This document shows, one piece after another, positions 1-9,999 of a stretch of 64,000 nucleotides of DNA. Origin of the DNA: Dehalococcoidia bacterium (GTDB lineage: Bacteria > Chloroflexota > Dehalococcoidia > Plut-88900); contig CBDFLQ010000006.1 in assembly GCA_965249275.1 (NCBI GenBank), positions 32,001 to 96,000 of the forward strand, read 5' to 3'. The notes beneath the pieces are model-generated. The model made no database searches. It was given only the letters and a program-made list of their open reading frames with translations, and was not told the DNA's origin. Position numbers and translations under genes: made by a program. The stretch's first letter is position 1; the number at the start of each line of letters is the position of its first letter.

Positions 1-657
1 GGTGATGTACACCTCTGTCCGAGCCCAGGTCTTGATCTTGGAAGGGTCACGACCCGCCCGATTGGCCCCTGTCTCAATCTGCTCCAGGTTCCACTTGATG
101 ATCTCCGGCTCACCAGCCCCGAACATGAGAATCTCGTCCGCGACCTCGCCGGCAAGCTGCATTGCCCTCGGCCCGAGGGGCCCCATGATCACGGGTATCG
201 ACTGGCCGTTGAACGGCGTGTTCCTGATCCACTCCGAGTGCCACGTCTGGCCCCACAGCTCCGCATCCCCTCCTGAGGTGTATGACTTCAGAAAGTTTAC
301 TGTCTCTCTTTGCATCTTCAGGCTAACCGGCCCCCGGGTCGCCTTCCCCGCCTCCCTCGCCCCCGCCCCGAGGCCGATGAACGCCCTGCCCCCCGTGAGT
401 TCCCGCAGGCTCGCAGTGAAGTTGGCGATGACCGCCGGGTGGTACATGAACGGGTCGCACACACCCTGGCCGATATGGATCCGCCGCGTGTTCATCGCCG
501 CGATGGTCATCATGCCGAAGCATTCCCTCGACACGTTGCTCTGATCGACGAATGTTAAGTGGGTGTATCCCCCCTCATCGGCAACCTTCGCATGTTCAGC
601 GATCTCATCGAACCGCAGCTCCGCCCCCAGCCCGATCCCGAAGTCCATTCTCGCCAT
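1..657 (-). CDS. LLM-class flavin/F420-dependent oxidoreductase (3' end runs off window)
   Basis: ATG at 657 (MARMDFGIGLGAELRFDEIAEH...). Near-identical paralog of 793..1848; absent from the ORF track because it is truncated by the window edge. Confidence 0.9.
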   Translation of the reverse strand, partial: MARMDFGIGLGAELRFDEIAEHAKVADEGGYTHLTFVDQSNVSRECFGMMTIAAMNTRRIHIGQGVCDPFMYHPAVIANFTASLRELTGGRAFIGLGAGAREAGKATRGPVSLKMQRETVNFLKSYTSGGDAELWGQTWHSEWIRNTPFNGQSIPVIMGPLGPRAMQLAGEVADEILMFGAGEPEIIKWNLEQIETGANRAGRDPSKIKTWARTEVYIT

Positions 658-792
658 TGCATTTCTCCTATTTCGTCCTGTTGGTAGGCCCCGCGTGGGT
701 GGGATCTGCGTCCGCTCCCGGCTTCTCCCATTATTGCTTGGCGCCGAAGCGGAGCGTTAGTAGGCCAACCCTGGTTGTAGTCATGCCCGCGT

Positions 793-1848
793 CTATCGGA
801 ACTGAGGCATGATGCTGTTGGAAATCTCCCGCATATTGCTCTTCTGGTCGATGATTGCATATTGGACGCATGAGACTCCGCTGATCCCTAGCTCGTGCAG
901 GTCGTAAACTCTTTCGTCTATGTCCTCCAAGCGTCCCGTCAGGTTGATGGAGTCGATCACCCTCTGCGTCGCCAGGTATTTGTGTTCGGCATGCAAAGAC
1001 TCGTGCTCGTAGGGGTTGAAACCCTCGTGGATTTTCTTGTACTCATCCACCAGGCCGGGGCTCTTCCTTTCGAGCCTCTGGTACAGGTCCTGGGCCTCAG
1101 GTGTGTTGCGTTTGAAGATCACTTTGTACAGCTCGCTTGCACAAGACGCCGCATAAGAAGCTACCTCGTGTCTCGCCTCCTCCTTGGACCCTGTAACGTA
1201 AACCTCTGTACGAGCCCATGTCTTGATCTTGGAGAAGTCCCGGCCCGCCCGGTTGGCCCCCGTCTCGATCTGCTCCAGGTTCCACTTGATTAACTCCGGC
1301 TCCCCTGCTCCAAACATCATGATTTCATCGGCAACTTCGCCGGCAAGCTGCAAAGCTCGTGGCCCGAGGGGGCCCATGATCACGGGTATCGATTGTCCGT
1401 TGAACGGCGTGTTCCTGATCCATTCGGAGTGCCACGTCTGGCCCCACAGCTCCGCATCTCCTCCTGAGGTGTAGGACTTCAGAAAGTTTACCGTCTCTCG
1501 TTGCATCTTCAGGCTAACCGGCCCCCGAGTCGCCTTGCCGGCCTGCCTCGTCCCCGCCCCAAGACCAATGAACGCCCTTCCCCCGGTAAGCTCCCGCACA
1601 CTGGCCGTAAAGTTGGCAATGACTGCCGGGTGGTACATAAACGGGTCGCACACACCCTGCCCTATATGGATCCGGCGCGTGTTCATCGCCGCGATGGTCA
1701 TCATGCCGAAGCATTCTCTCGACACGTTGCTCTGATCGACGAATGTCAGGTGGCTGTATCCCGCCTCGTCGGCTACCCTTGAATGCTCCGCAATTTCATC
1801 GAATCGCAGCTCCGCCCCTAGCCCGATCCCAAAGTCCATCCTCGCCAT
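793..1848 (-). CDS. LLM-class flavin/F420-dependent oxidoreductase (Mer-like)
   Basis: 351 aa; HPAVIAN..ELTGGRAFIGLGAG and GPRALQLAGEVADEI motifs of the luciferase-like TIM barrel. Confidence 0.9.
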   Translation of the reverse strand: MARMDFGIGLGAELRFDEIAEHSRVADEAGYSHLTFVDQSNVSRECFGMMTIAAMNTRRIHIGQGVCDPFMYHPAVIANFTASVRELTGGRAFIGLGAGTRQAGKATRGPVSLKMQRETVNFLKSYTSGGDAELWGQTWHSEWIRNTPFNGQSIPVIMGPLGPRALQLAGEVADEIMMFGAGEPELIKWNLEQIETGANRAGRDFSKIKTWARTEVYVTGSKEEARHEVASYAASCASELYKVIFKRNTPEAQDLYQRLERKSPGLVDEYKKIHEGFNPYEHESLHAEHKYLATQRVIDSINLTGRLEDIDERVYDLHELGISGVSCVQYAIIDQKSNMREISNSIMPQFR

Positions 1849-1919
1849 TGCATCCCTCCTGGCTCATCCTGCTTACGGGCTCCTCGCTCCCCGAAAAATA
1901 TCCTTATGCCGCCGACCTG

Positions 1920-2306
1920 TCAAACTTCAGGATGTTCCCGCAAAGGCACGAATATCGAAATCCGGGCCTCGGGTCCCACCTCCCGCGTGTAGTGTCCCTC
2001 CCCTGCTACATCCTCGGCAATCAGAACGTCACCCGGGCCTATCACCCGCTTGTCCCCGTTCCCAACTTCTATCTCAACCGACCCGGTCAACGTGAAAACC
2101 GCAACCTGTCCCGGAGCGTGGTGCCACGGGTTGGACCGCTCCGGGTCGAACCGCTGCACTACTATCCCGCCATGTATGACCGCCCGGGCATCCTGCGGCC
2201 ATCCACTTTCCAATGCCTCAAGCTCCGGCTCGATATCCTCGAAGTGTGACCGGCCATCTTCCCCTTGGTACAATCGTACAATTGCCAAATTCTTCTCCTC
2301 ATTCAT
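1920..2306 (-). CDS. Cupin-domain protein
   Basis: LYQGEDGRSHFED..WHHAP..IEIEVGNG..GPGDVLIAEDVAGEGH cupin pattern. Confidence 0.8.
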   Translation of the reverse strand: MNEEKNLAIVRLYQGEDGRSHFEDIEPELEALESGWPQDARAVIHGGIVVQRFDPERSNPWHHAPGQVAVFTLTGSVEIEVGNGDKRVIGPGDVLIAEDVAGEGHYTREVGPEARISIFVPLREHPEV

Positions 2307-2368
2307 ATTCGTGAAGCTGTCCTCTCTTACCCGTCATCCCCACCCCATCCGTAGTATCATACCCTCCC

Positions 2369-2716
2369 TTGAGATACCTAATCAGCTTCGACGTAGACGG
2401 CACATTGGAAGTCGGAGATCCGCCGGGACCCATCACCCTGGCCCTCGTAAAGCAGGCCAAGGCCCTTGGCCACGTCATCGGCAGTTGCTCCGACCGCACC
2501 CACTCAGACCAGGCCAACCTCTGGCGCACTCACGGCATCGAAGTCGAATTCACGTCCCTGAAGTACGAGCTTCCCGAGGTCCTCGCCCGCTTCCCCTCCG
2601 ACCGCGCAATCCATGTCGGAGATTCCCACGTGGACCGCATGTACGCAGAAAAAGCCGGTTTCACCTACCTCACCCCAGACCCCGACGCCGTCGCCGCACT
2701 CCTTACCCCGGAATAA
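2369..2716 (+). CDS. Small HAD-superfamily hydrolase-like protein
   Basis: ISFDVDGTL (motif I) and HVGDS..D (motif IV); TTG start. Confidence 0.75.
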   Translation: MRYLISFDVDGTLEVGDPPGPITLALVKQAKALGHVIGSCSDRTHSDQANLWRTHGIEVEFTSLKYELPEVLARFPSDRAIHVGDSHVDRMYAEKAGFTYLTPDPDAVAALLTPE

Positions 2717-2754
2717 CCACTCCCCACCAAATCCTTCCCCATCACCTCTCGTCT

Positions 2755-2789
2755 GTCATTCCGAGGCTCCGCGAGGAATCTAGGACTTG
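2755..2789. repeat. REP-like palindrome GTCATTCCGAGGCTCCGCGAGGAATCTAGGACTTG
   Basis: Related copies at 6493-6520, 14800-14827, 36191-36224 and 48635-48660; IS-split copies at ~24197/25261 and ~33034/34098. Confidence 0.85.
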
Positions 2790-2853
2790 CCCACGCTCAC
2801 TACTTTCTAGGTCCTACTCCCCCCGCTCGTTTCGCGCGGCGTAGGCCTGGGTG

Positions 2854-3858
2854 CTACCACGCAAACGCCCTTTTCGGATTCTCGACAGTGACTTGCCGTA
2901 TCACCTCTTCCGACACCCCCGCCTCCCGCAGCCACGGCAAGAACGTGCGCTGTATGTGCCCATAGTCCGGCGCATGGTCTTTTTCTGCCGTCGGCCCCGA
3001 CTCCGGCGCCCTGCCGACCTCTTTCACGAACAAGTCATGGGATAACATGATCTGGTCCTGATACCCCAACCCAAGCAACCCCGACACCATCGCAGAATTA
3101 GTCCTGTCCGACACCACGGTCTGGATACCGATTGTGTCGAACGCTACGAAGCAGCCACGCTCCAATATCTCAACGATTTGACCCACGTTCGTAGTCTGCG
3201 AAACATGCCCGATTATGCACCGTTTAGGGTCGGCCCCAGCAGCGACCAGCGTCTCAATGTGCGCTAACCCCACATTTCCCGAGGGCCAGTCTGCCGAGTC
3301 TGTATGCGTGCCGATCGGTGTGCCCAACTTTGCCTGCACGCGCGCCGCCGACTCCAGGACCCGACGATCGCGTTCGGAAAGGAGCTGGTCCAGAGGCGCA
3401 CTGGGTCCAATGGGCCGCTCATGAGGCTGCAGCCGCGTCCCGACCTTTATTATCCCGCACCTGACGCCCTCATCCACTGCTCCTTCCTCAATTTCCCGCA
3501 TGAAGAAATCTTCTATCGCCTCTGTGCTCTGCGCCTCCCAGTAGGCAGGATACCCCCACGCTCCGAATATGCCTGTGCATGCCACTATGTCCCACCCCGA
3601 GGCCCGGGACAGTTCCACCATCAGCCCCATGTCTCGGCCCAGATCGGCGGGCGCCCAGTCTACAAGACCCGATATCCCAAACTCCTCTCCAGCTGCCTTC
3701 AGTTGCGCCGCCCCTTCCTCGACGGCCTTCCCTCGGTCGAAGACCGACGCGGGGTCGGACGGAGCCCCGAGCAGATGAAAAAAAGTGTGCTCGTGGGGAA
3801 GAATGTGCCCCATATCCGCCGGGTCTTTGTCGCCTAGAACGGTCCTGATTTTGGGCAT
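2854..3858 (-). CDS. Phosphotriesterase-family (PTE/Php-like) metallohydrolase
   Basis: IRTVLG, PHEH, GIIKVG (carbamylated Lys), THT, IGH and SHD metal ligands; ENPKRAF C-terminus. Confidence 0.9.
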   Translation of the reverse strand: MPKIRTVLGDKDPADMGHILPHEHTFFHLLGAPSDPASVFDRGKAVEEGAAQLKAAGEEFGISGLVDWAPADLGRDMGLMVELSRASGWDIVACTGIFGAWGYPAYWEAQSTEAIEDFFMREIEEGAVDEGVRCGIIKVGTRLQPHERPIGPSAPLDQLLSERDRRVLESAARVQAKLGTPIGTHTDSADWPSGNVGLAHIETLVAAGADPKRCIIGHVSQTTNVGQIVEILERGCFVAFDTIGIQTVVSDRTNSAMVSGLLGLGYQDQIMLSHDLFVKEVGRAPESGPTAEKDHAPDYGHIQRTFLPWLREAGVSEEVIRQVTVENPKRAFAW

Positions 3859-3906
3859 CTCATCTCTCCATCAAACTGTTGGCTACTTACATGGGAATTC
3901 ACTGGG

Positions 3907-4911
3907 CTACCATGCAAGCGCCCTCTTAGGATTCTCGACGGTTACCTGCCGGATCGCTTCCTCCGACACCCTCGCGTCCCGCAGCCACGGCACGAACTCC
4001 CGTTGAATGTATCCGTAGTCCGGCGCGTACTTAAGACCGGCATTCGGCCCGCTCTCCGGCACCCTACCGACCTCTTGTACATGCAGATCATGGGACAGCA
4101 ATATCTGCTTTTCGTATCCCAGCCCGATCAACCCGATCACCATCGCCGCCTTGGTACGGTCCGTCACCACGATCTCGATTCCTATGGTGTCGAACGCCAC
4201 GTAACATCCCTTCTCCAACACTTCGATAACGTAGCCCAGATTAGAGGTGTGGGAAGCGTGGCCTATGATGCATTTCTCGGGGTTCGCCCCGGCGCCCGTC
4301 AGCGTTTCAATCTGCTCCAGACCTACGTTCCCCAGACGCCAATCTCTTCTGTCGGTGTGCGTCGTGATCGGGACACCGAGTTTGCCCTGCACCCGAGCCG
4401 CTGCTTTCAATACCCTTCTGTCTTGATCAGAAAGAAGCCGTTCCCCACTAGACACGGGAGCCGTCGGTCTTTCGTGGGGCCGAAGCCGGGTCCCGATTTT
4501 TATAACTCCACACCTCACTCCCTCGTCAATTGCTCCATCCTCGATTTCTCGGGTAAAGAACTCCTCAATCGCTGCATCGCCCTGTCCTTCCCAGTAGGCC
4601 GGATAACCCCAAACACCAAATATCCCTGTCGCCGCGACAATGTCCCACCCAGAGGCCCGGGACAGTCCCATCAGCAAGCCCATGTCCCGGCCAAGATCAT
4701 ATGGCGCGCAGTCCACCAGCCCCGACACTCCCTGCACGGCGTTCACGGCCCTCAGCTTGGCCGCGCCTTCCTCCACAGCCTTCTCCCGATCAAATACCGA
4801 AGCGTGGTCGGACTTTGCCGCCAGGAGGTGGGGAAAGGTGTGCTCATGGGGAAGAATATGCCCCATCTTCGCAGAGTCTTTGTCACCTAGCACCGTTCTT
4901 ATCTTGGCCAT
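3907..4911 (-). CDS. Phosphotriesterase-family metallohydrolase (tandem paralog)
   Basis: Same motifs and length (334 aa) as 2854..3858. Confidence 0.9.
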   Translation of the reverse strand: MAKIRTVLGDKDSAKMGHILPHEHTFPHLLAAKSDHASVFDREKAVEEGAAKLRAVNAVQGVSGLVDCAPYDLGRDMGLLMGLSRASGWDIVAATGIFGVWGYPAYWEGQGDAAIEEFFTREIEDGAIDEGVRCGVIKIGTRLRPHERPTAPVSSGERLLSDQDRRVLKAAARVQGKLGVPITTHTDRRDWRLGNVGLEQIETLTGAGANPEKCIIGHASHTSNLGYVIEVLEKGCYVAFDTIGIEIVVTDRTKAAMVIGLIGLGYEKQILLSHDLHVQEVGRVPESGPNAGLKYAPDYGYIQREFVPWLRDARVSEEAIRQVTVENPKRALAW

Positions 4912-5036
4912 GTCAATTCTCCAGTTTCTCGCGTTTGTCGACTCCCTGCCCGATTATATCCCACACCCCACCCCACCTTTCCCCGATTGACCAATCCCAT
5001 TACACTACCTTCAATCCAAGACCGCGGGAGATTGCC

Positions 5037-6044
5037 ATGCCAGACACAGGAATCGTCGAAAGGCTAAGCACAGGCGAGCCCATGCTCATGGACGGAGGCA
5101 CGGGCTCCGAGATTCAGCGTAGAGGCGCCAACGTCCTCATCGACGCCAGTGCCGATTCCGAGATCCTCGCCTGGTCCGCCACCGCCAACGTTGACTATGC
5201 CGACGTCGTCCAGCAGGTGCACCAAGACTACTTGCGCGTCGGCGCCGAGATAATTATCAGCAACAATTTCTGGGCCACCCGCAGCCGACTCGGCCTCATT
5301 GGTCTCAGCGAGCAGTGGGAGAAGTACGCCTATGCCGCCGGCGAAAATGCCATCCGCGCCCGAGACGCCGTCAACCCCAACGCCTACGTCTTAGGCGGCA
5401 TCGCCGCTCCCTACACCCAGGACTACCGCAAACCCTATACCCAGTCCGACGTCAAGACCCTAGGCTCCGAGCGCTACGCCGAGGAGTTCACCGGCCCCGG
5501 CAAAGTCCTCGCCGACCTGGGAGTCGACGCCCTTCTCGCCGAGTATGTCGGCTACATCGAGGACTGCGTCGCCGCCGTAGATGCCCTGGCAACCATCGGC
5601 CTACCCGTATTCCTGGGAGTCCGGCACATTACCGAATACGGCTGGATGCAATATGGCGAGACCCTGACCGATCTCGCAAAGGCCCTGGAAGGTCACCCTG
5701 TAGAAGGCGTCCTCCTGATGTGCTCTCGCCCCGAGTGCGTTTCCGTGGGCCTGATCGGCCTAAATAAAGCTTTTGATGGGGTGGTCGGGGCATATGCCAA
5801 TGTCGGATATAACCCCATGGCCCCCGTCAGCGGCCGCGTCCACAAGGGAGGCGACCTCCTTTCCGGCTACAGCCCCCTCCGCCTCGCCGACTTCGGGCAG
5901 GACTGGCTCGACATGGGCGCCAAGATAATCGGCGGCTGCTGTGCCACGGGCCCCGAGCACATCATTGCCCTCAACAACGTGATGCACCCTTCCCCGCCCC
6001 TTGTCGCCGACCACGCCGGTTATCACGTGCAGTCGTCCGTTTGA
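5037..6044 (+). CDS. Homocysteine S-methyltransferase family protein
   Basis: LMDGGTGSEI, VHQDYLRVGAEII and IIGGCCATGPEHI; ATG at 5037 after GGGAG. Confidence 0.9.
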   Translation: MPDTGIVERLSTGEPMLMDGGTGSEIQRRGANVLIDASADSEILAWSATANVDYADVVQQVHQDYLRVGAEIIISNNFWATRSRLGLIGLSEQWEKYAYAAGENAIRARDAVNPNAYVLGGIAAPYTQDYRKPYTQSDVKTLGSERYAEEFTGPGKVLADLGVDALLAEYVGYIEDCVAAVDALATIGLPVFLGVRHITEYGWMQYGETLTDLAKALEGHPVEGVLLMCSRPECVSVGLIGLNKAFDGVVGAYANVGYNPMAPVSGRVHKGGDLLSGYSPLRLADFGQDWLDMGAKIIGGCCATGPEHIIALNNVMHPSPPLVADHAGYHVQSSV

Positions 6045-6047
6045 CCC

Positions 6048-6428
6048 ATGCAGAGCGCTTCCCTCCCACCCGAGCCTCAGGCCACCGCCCCTGACGGCTC
6101 GGCTATCCGCTTCCTAATGAAAGGCAGCCGTGGAGAGCTCAACCACTTCACCCTGCCCCCTCACCAGACTTCGACCGCGGTCGTCCACCGCTCAATAGAG
6201 GAGATCTGGTACGTTCTTGAGGGCAAAGGCCAGGTGTGGCGTCAACAGGGTGATAATGAGGAGGTCCTGGACTTGCGTCCAGGCGTCAGCTTCGATATCC
6301 CCACCGGCGCCCGATTCCAGTTCCGCAACACCGGCCCCGAGCCCCTCTCCGTCCTCATAGCCACCATGCCCCCCTGGCCCGGAGAAACCGAAGCCACCCC
6401 CATCCCCGGCCCCTGGCCCCCTTCTTAA
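6048..6428 (+). CDS. Cupin-domain protein
   Basis: APDGS.IR..HRSIEEIWYVLEGKG..FQFRN..TMPPWPG. Confidence 0.85.
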   Translation: MQSASLPPEPQATAPDGSAIRFLMKGSRGELNHFTLPPHQTSTAVVHRSIEEIWYVLEGKGQVWRQQGDNEEVLDLRPGVSFDIPTGARFQFRNTGPEPLSVLIATMPPWPGETEATPIPGPWPPS

Positions 6429-6586
6429 ATCCCCTCTCTCCTCTCCATTATCTCACCGACCACCCCCCTTGCTCTGTCATCCCGATTGTCGTGTCATCCC
6501 GAGGCCCCGCGAGGGATCTAAGGCGTCTGCCCACCACTCACCCTAACCGTACCCACTACTCATCCATTCAGGCGTGGGCCAAAACG

Positions 6587-7741
6587 TCACCCCACCGGCA
6601 CCCTCCACTTCTCAATCGTTTCCTCATTCAACTCTATCCCGAACCCAGACCCCTCCGGCACGAGCATGTAGCCGTCCCGAATCTCAGGCTGCTTCTCCGG
6701 CAGGTCGTACCACAAGGGGTCCCGGTCAGGGTCAGGAAAAATCTCAACCGCAATGCCGTGGGGCACCGACGCCAGAAGATGCAACGCTATTTGCGGCTCC
6801 TCGTGGTGCGCCATCCCGATACCAAAGGCCCGAGCCATCCCTGCGATTCTTCGCCACTCCGTCACACCCCCGGCTATCGTCACGTCCACGTTCAGGATGT
6901 CCACTGCGCCCCGAGCCACGAGGTCCCGGCACCCGTGCCTCGATATCTCACCCTGCCCCGCATTCACGGGTATTCCCTCCCACCGAACGCGGGCATTGCC
7001 TTCGATCTGGTCCTGCCACTGCACCGGCTCTTCCAGCCACGCCAGCCCGATATCCCTCGCTCCCCTCGCAAACCGCACCGCCTCATCGACAGTCCAAGCC
7101 TGGTTTGCGTCCACACTGAGCAGAAAATCTTCGCCTCCCACCCGACGACCCAGCCTCGTTCGCTCCAAGTCTTCCTCTATCGACAGCTTCCCCACCTTTA
7201 GCTTCAGCCCGAATACACCCATGCTTTTGTACGTCTCTATCTCCTCGACGAGACTCTGCATAGGGTCCCCGTCTCGGATGTATCCGCCGATAGCTATAAC
7301 TCTCACCCTGTCCCGAAACCCGCCCAGCAGCTTGTACACCGGCTGACCCAAGACCTTGCCCAGTGTGTCCCACAGCGCGTTGTCCACCGCTGCAATCGCC
7401 TGAGTCACGACCGCGTGCTTCCCCATGTTGATTACGTGCAGCCCCCTCCAGGCCAGGTCCACCGGCGCATCCCACATCCTCTCCCAGTGCCGCTCGACGT
7501 CCCTCACGTCCTCCCCGGCCAGCATCGGCGCAAAAACGTCGTTCACTATCTGACAAATCTTGACGTCGTTCTCATCCTCATCCCCGCCATATATCTGCCC
7601 GACAACCCCGCCCTCCAGCTCCACCCGCGTCACGATAGTATTCCTGCTCGAAATGTAATACGTTCCCCCATGAAACGGCTCCCTCAGCCGCCTCACCAGG
7701 GGTATCGCCTCAATGCGCTTGATCTTCATTGTCACCTTCAT
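6587..7741 (-). CDS. Mandelate racemase/muconate lactonizing enzyme family protein
   Basis: AVDNALWD, KLKVG, VDANQ, WLEEP and GGVTEW motifs; start at 7741 or 7729. Confidence 0.9.
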   Translation of the reverse strand: MKVTMKIKRIEAIPLVRRLREPFHGGTYYISSRNTIVTRVELEGGVVGQIYGGDEDENDVKICQIVNDVFAPMLAGEDVRDVERHWERMWDAPVDLAWRGLHVINMGKHAVVTQAIAAVDNALWDTLGKVLGQPVYKLLGGFRDRVRVIAIGGYIRDGDPMQSLVEEIETYKSMGVFGLKLKVGKLSIEEDLERTRLGRRVGGEDFLLSVDANQAWTVDEAVRFARGARDIGLAWLEEPVQWQDQIEGNARVRWEGIPVNAGQGEISRHGCRDLVARGAVDILNVDVTIAGGVTEWRRIAGMARAFGIGMAHHEEPQIALHLLASVPHGIAVEIFPDPDRDPLWYDLPEKQPEIRDGYMLVPEGSGFGIELNEETIEKWRVPVG

Positions 7742-7847
7742 ACTTGCCAGCCGGCCCAATTACGTGTCATCCGGAGACATCGAGAGAGAGCTAGGACTTG
7801 CGCAAATTTTCCGCAAGCCATCTATGCCATATTTGTGTATTCTTGAT

Positions 7848-8777
7848 CTACGGCTCCTCGCAAAAGGGTAGATTTAGACGGTAAGTGTATCTATCCGTAA
7901 TTGACCGCCATGTGTGCGGTTTACATCCTGCCAGTCGATTGCTGTACAGGGACAACGATTCCAGGTTGTCCAGATCCCCTAGCTCAGGGGGGATCTCTCC
8001 GGTAAACCTTCCATGGAGTTGTAGCACTTCTAACCTTCTCAGGTTGCCTAGCTCAGAGGGTATCTCTCCGGTAAACCCTCCGTGGAGATGTAGCACTTCT
8101 AACCTTCTCAGGTTGCCTAGCTCAGAGGGTATCTCTCCGGTAAACCCTCCGTGGAGATGTAGCACTTCTAACCTTCTCAGGTTGCCTAATTCAGGCGGTA
8201 TCTCTCCCGTCAAACCATAACCGTCGCTATTCAGGCGCAACTCTTTCAAGTTGTTCAGATTGCCTAGCTCAGGCGGTATCTCTCCCCTAATCCCTCCAAG
8301 GAGATCCAGCACTTCCAATTTGCTCAAATTGCCCAACTCAGGAGGTATTTCTCCGTTGTACCAATACGCCCCGAACCCCCGCGCTCCAATTTCTAACACG
8401 GTAATCCGCCCCCTGCCATCGGTTTTTATCCCTCCTATCCAGTTCTCATGCCCAGTAAACACATCGATATTTTCGAGGAACGTTTCCCACCTATCGAGAA
8501 GAGTGTCACCCTCTTGAATAGATGTCCTCCATAGCTGGATACTTGGGTCGGTCTCCCATTGATCGAAAGGTATGTGAAGGTATGGAGGAAGGAATTGTTC
8601 TGCGACTGTTCCATTGGTTGAGTGGAACAGTGCAACCATCGCAGCCCTGTCCGTTTCAGCGCTGCCCCCGTCCCCCGAGCAGGCCTGCGTCAGTAGGATT
8701 CCCCATACCATGACCAGCAGCAGCACAAATACGCGATTTATCCTCCACCCCACCCACCCTTTGAAAACGGTCATCAT
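7848..8777 (-). CDS. Secreted/lipoprotein leucine-rich repeat protein
   Basis: Hydrophobic N-terminus ending LLTQAC; DRAAMVALF..TNG cap; repeated GEIPPELGNL..LEVL.L units. Confidence 0.85.
   Translation of the reverse strand: MMTVFKGWVGWRINRVFVLLLVMVWGILLTQACSGDGGSAETDRAAMVALFHSTNGTVAEQFLPPYLHIPFDQWETDPSIQLWRTSIQEGDTLLDRWETFLENIDVFTGHENWIGGIKTDGRGRITVLEIGARGFGAYWYNGEIPPELGNLSKLEVLDLLGGIRGEIPPELGNLNNLKELRLNSDGYGLTGEIPPELGNLRRLEVLHLHGGFTGEIPSELGNLRRLEVLHLHGGFTGEIPSELGNLRRLEVLQLHGRFTGEIPPELGDLDNLESLSLYSNRLAGCKPHTWRSITDRYTYRLNLPFCEEP
8020..8188. repeat. Perfect 69-bp tandem repeat (~2.5 units) within the LRR gene
   Basis: TGTAGCACTTCTAACCTTCTCAGGTTGCCTA recurs at 8020, 8089 and 8158. Confidence 0.9.
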
Positions 8778-9802
8778 CCCCCCAACTCCCCCCTAACCAC
8801 CCGGGCCCCGTCGACCAGCGCCTTCAGCTTCAAGTAAGAGATCCACCGAGGCAACTGAAAGAAACCGCAGTCGGGGTTCAGGTGCAGCTTCTCGGCGGGC
8901 ACGTACTTCAACACCTCCCGTATCCTCTCCGCCACGTCTTCCGCCGTCTCCAGGTAGAAGGACTTTATGTCCACTACACCGGCCCCCAACTCCTTCTCTC
9001 CGTCAAACTGCTTCCAGATGTCGCTTTCACTCATCTCCCGGTTGGCGAATTCCAGCACCAGTTGGTCGGCCTTCACGTCGTTCAGAGCAGGGAACATCCA
9101 GCCGTACGTTCGCTTTCCTCGGGGCCTGCTCATAAGATTGCCGAAACAGATGTGCAGGGCGTGTTTCGCCTTCACGCCATCGATACAAGCGTTGTAAAGC
9201 CTCACCCATTCATCCACCTCACCGGGAACGACTGCATAGGAAGGCTCGTCCATCTGGATAAATTGCGCCCCCTCCGAGACCAAGGCCTTCAATTCTGCAT
9301 TGATCACCTCCGTCAGTTGCCAGCAAAGTTCCAGTTGATTCTTGTAGGCAGTCCCGGGCCTGATGTGGATGGTCATGGTCAAAGGCCCGGGACACGTGAC
9401 CTTGATCGGTTTGTTTGTATTGGCCTTGGTGAACTTGAACTCATCCACTATCCCCAGCCCAGAGGGCAAGGTGACTTTTTCGATCGCGCGGTATCGGGTC
9501 GGGGTGTCGTAGCCGTACAAGCCCGTCTTGCGCAACGGAGGTTCAACCGCGAGCCCCGTCATTCTCTTCGGAAAGCTCTGTACGAAGTACCACCGACGCA
9601 TCTCCCCATCCGACACCATGTCAATGCCGGCCCGCTCCTGGTCCAGGATCGCCATTCTGCAAGCGTCGTCGTAGACTTCCCGGATGTCGGTCTCACCATA
9701 CTCACCCTGATCAATCTTTTCCAAAGCCGTAAGGAGCCAGCCGGGATACGCATAGCTCCCGATAACGCTTGTAGGCAGAATTGGAAGAGTCTCGTTGCTC
9801 AT
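8774..9802 (-). CDS. Cobalamin-independent methionine synthase II (core/MetE C-terminal) family protein
   Basis: TSVIGSY, SDGEMRR, IQMDEP, HICFGN, LEFA and NPDCGF Zn ligands; ATG at 9802. Confidence 0.88.
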   Translation of the reverse strand: MSNETLPILPTSVIGSYAYPGWLLTALEKIDQGEYGETDIREVYDDACRMAILDQERAGIDMVSDGEMRRWYFVQSFPKRMTGLAVEPPLRKTGLYGYDTPTRYRAIEKVTLPSGLGIVDEFKFTKANTNKPIKVTCPGPLTMTIHIRPGTAYKNQLELCWQLTEVINAELKALVSEGAQFIQMDEPSYAVVPGEVDEWVRLYNACIDGVKAKHALHICFGNLMSRPRGKRTYGWMFPALNDVKADQLVLEFANREMSESDIWKQFDGEKELGAGVVDIKSFYLETAEDVAERIREVLKYVPAEKLHLNPDCGFFQLPRWISYLKLKALVDGARVVRGELGG

Positions 9803-9955
9803 GTGCCTGCTCCTTCTTTGTAATGGCACCAGTCTATAGGAACCACTTCCCTTCAACAAAACCTTACCCTCCGCCTTCCGTCATTCCCGTGACCCGACAA
9901 GAAAATCCAGACCCAGGGGCTGATCCCGTTCACAAAGAGGGATGACATCACCCCC

Positions 9956-9984
9956 TTGACATTATAAGACATGTGTTCTATTAT
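9956..9984 (+). promoter_or_regulatory. Sigma70-type promoter with overlapping LexA-like box
   Basis: TTGACA-17 bp-TATTAT; AAGAC-ATGT-GTTCT at 9966-9979. Same layout at 25519 and 49027. Confidence 0.6.
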
Positions 9985-9999
9985 TGGGCCAGTCTAGAC

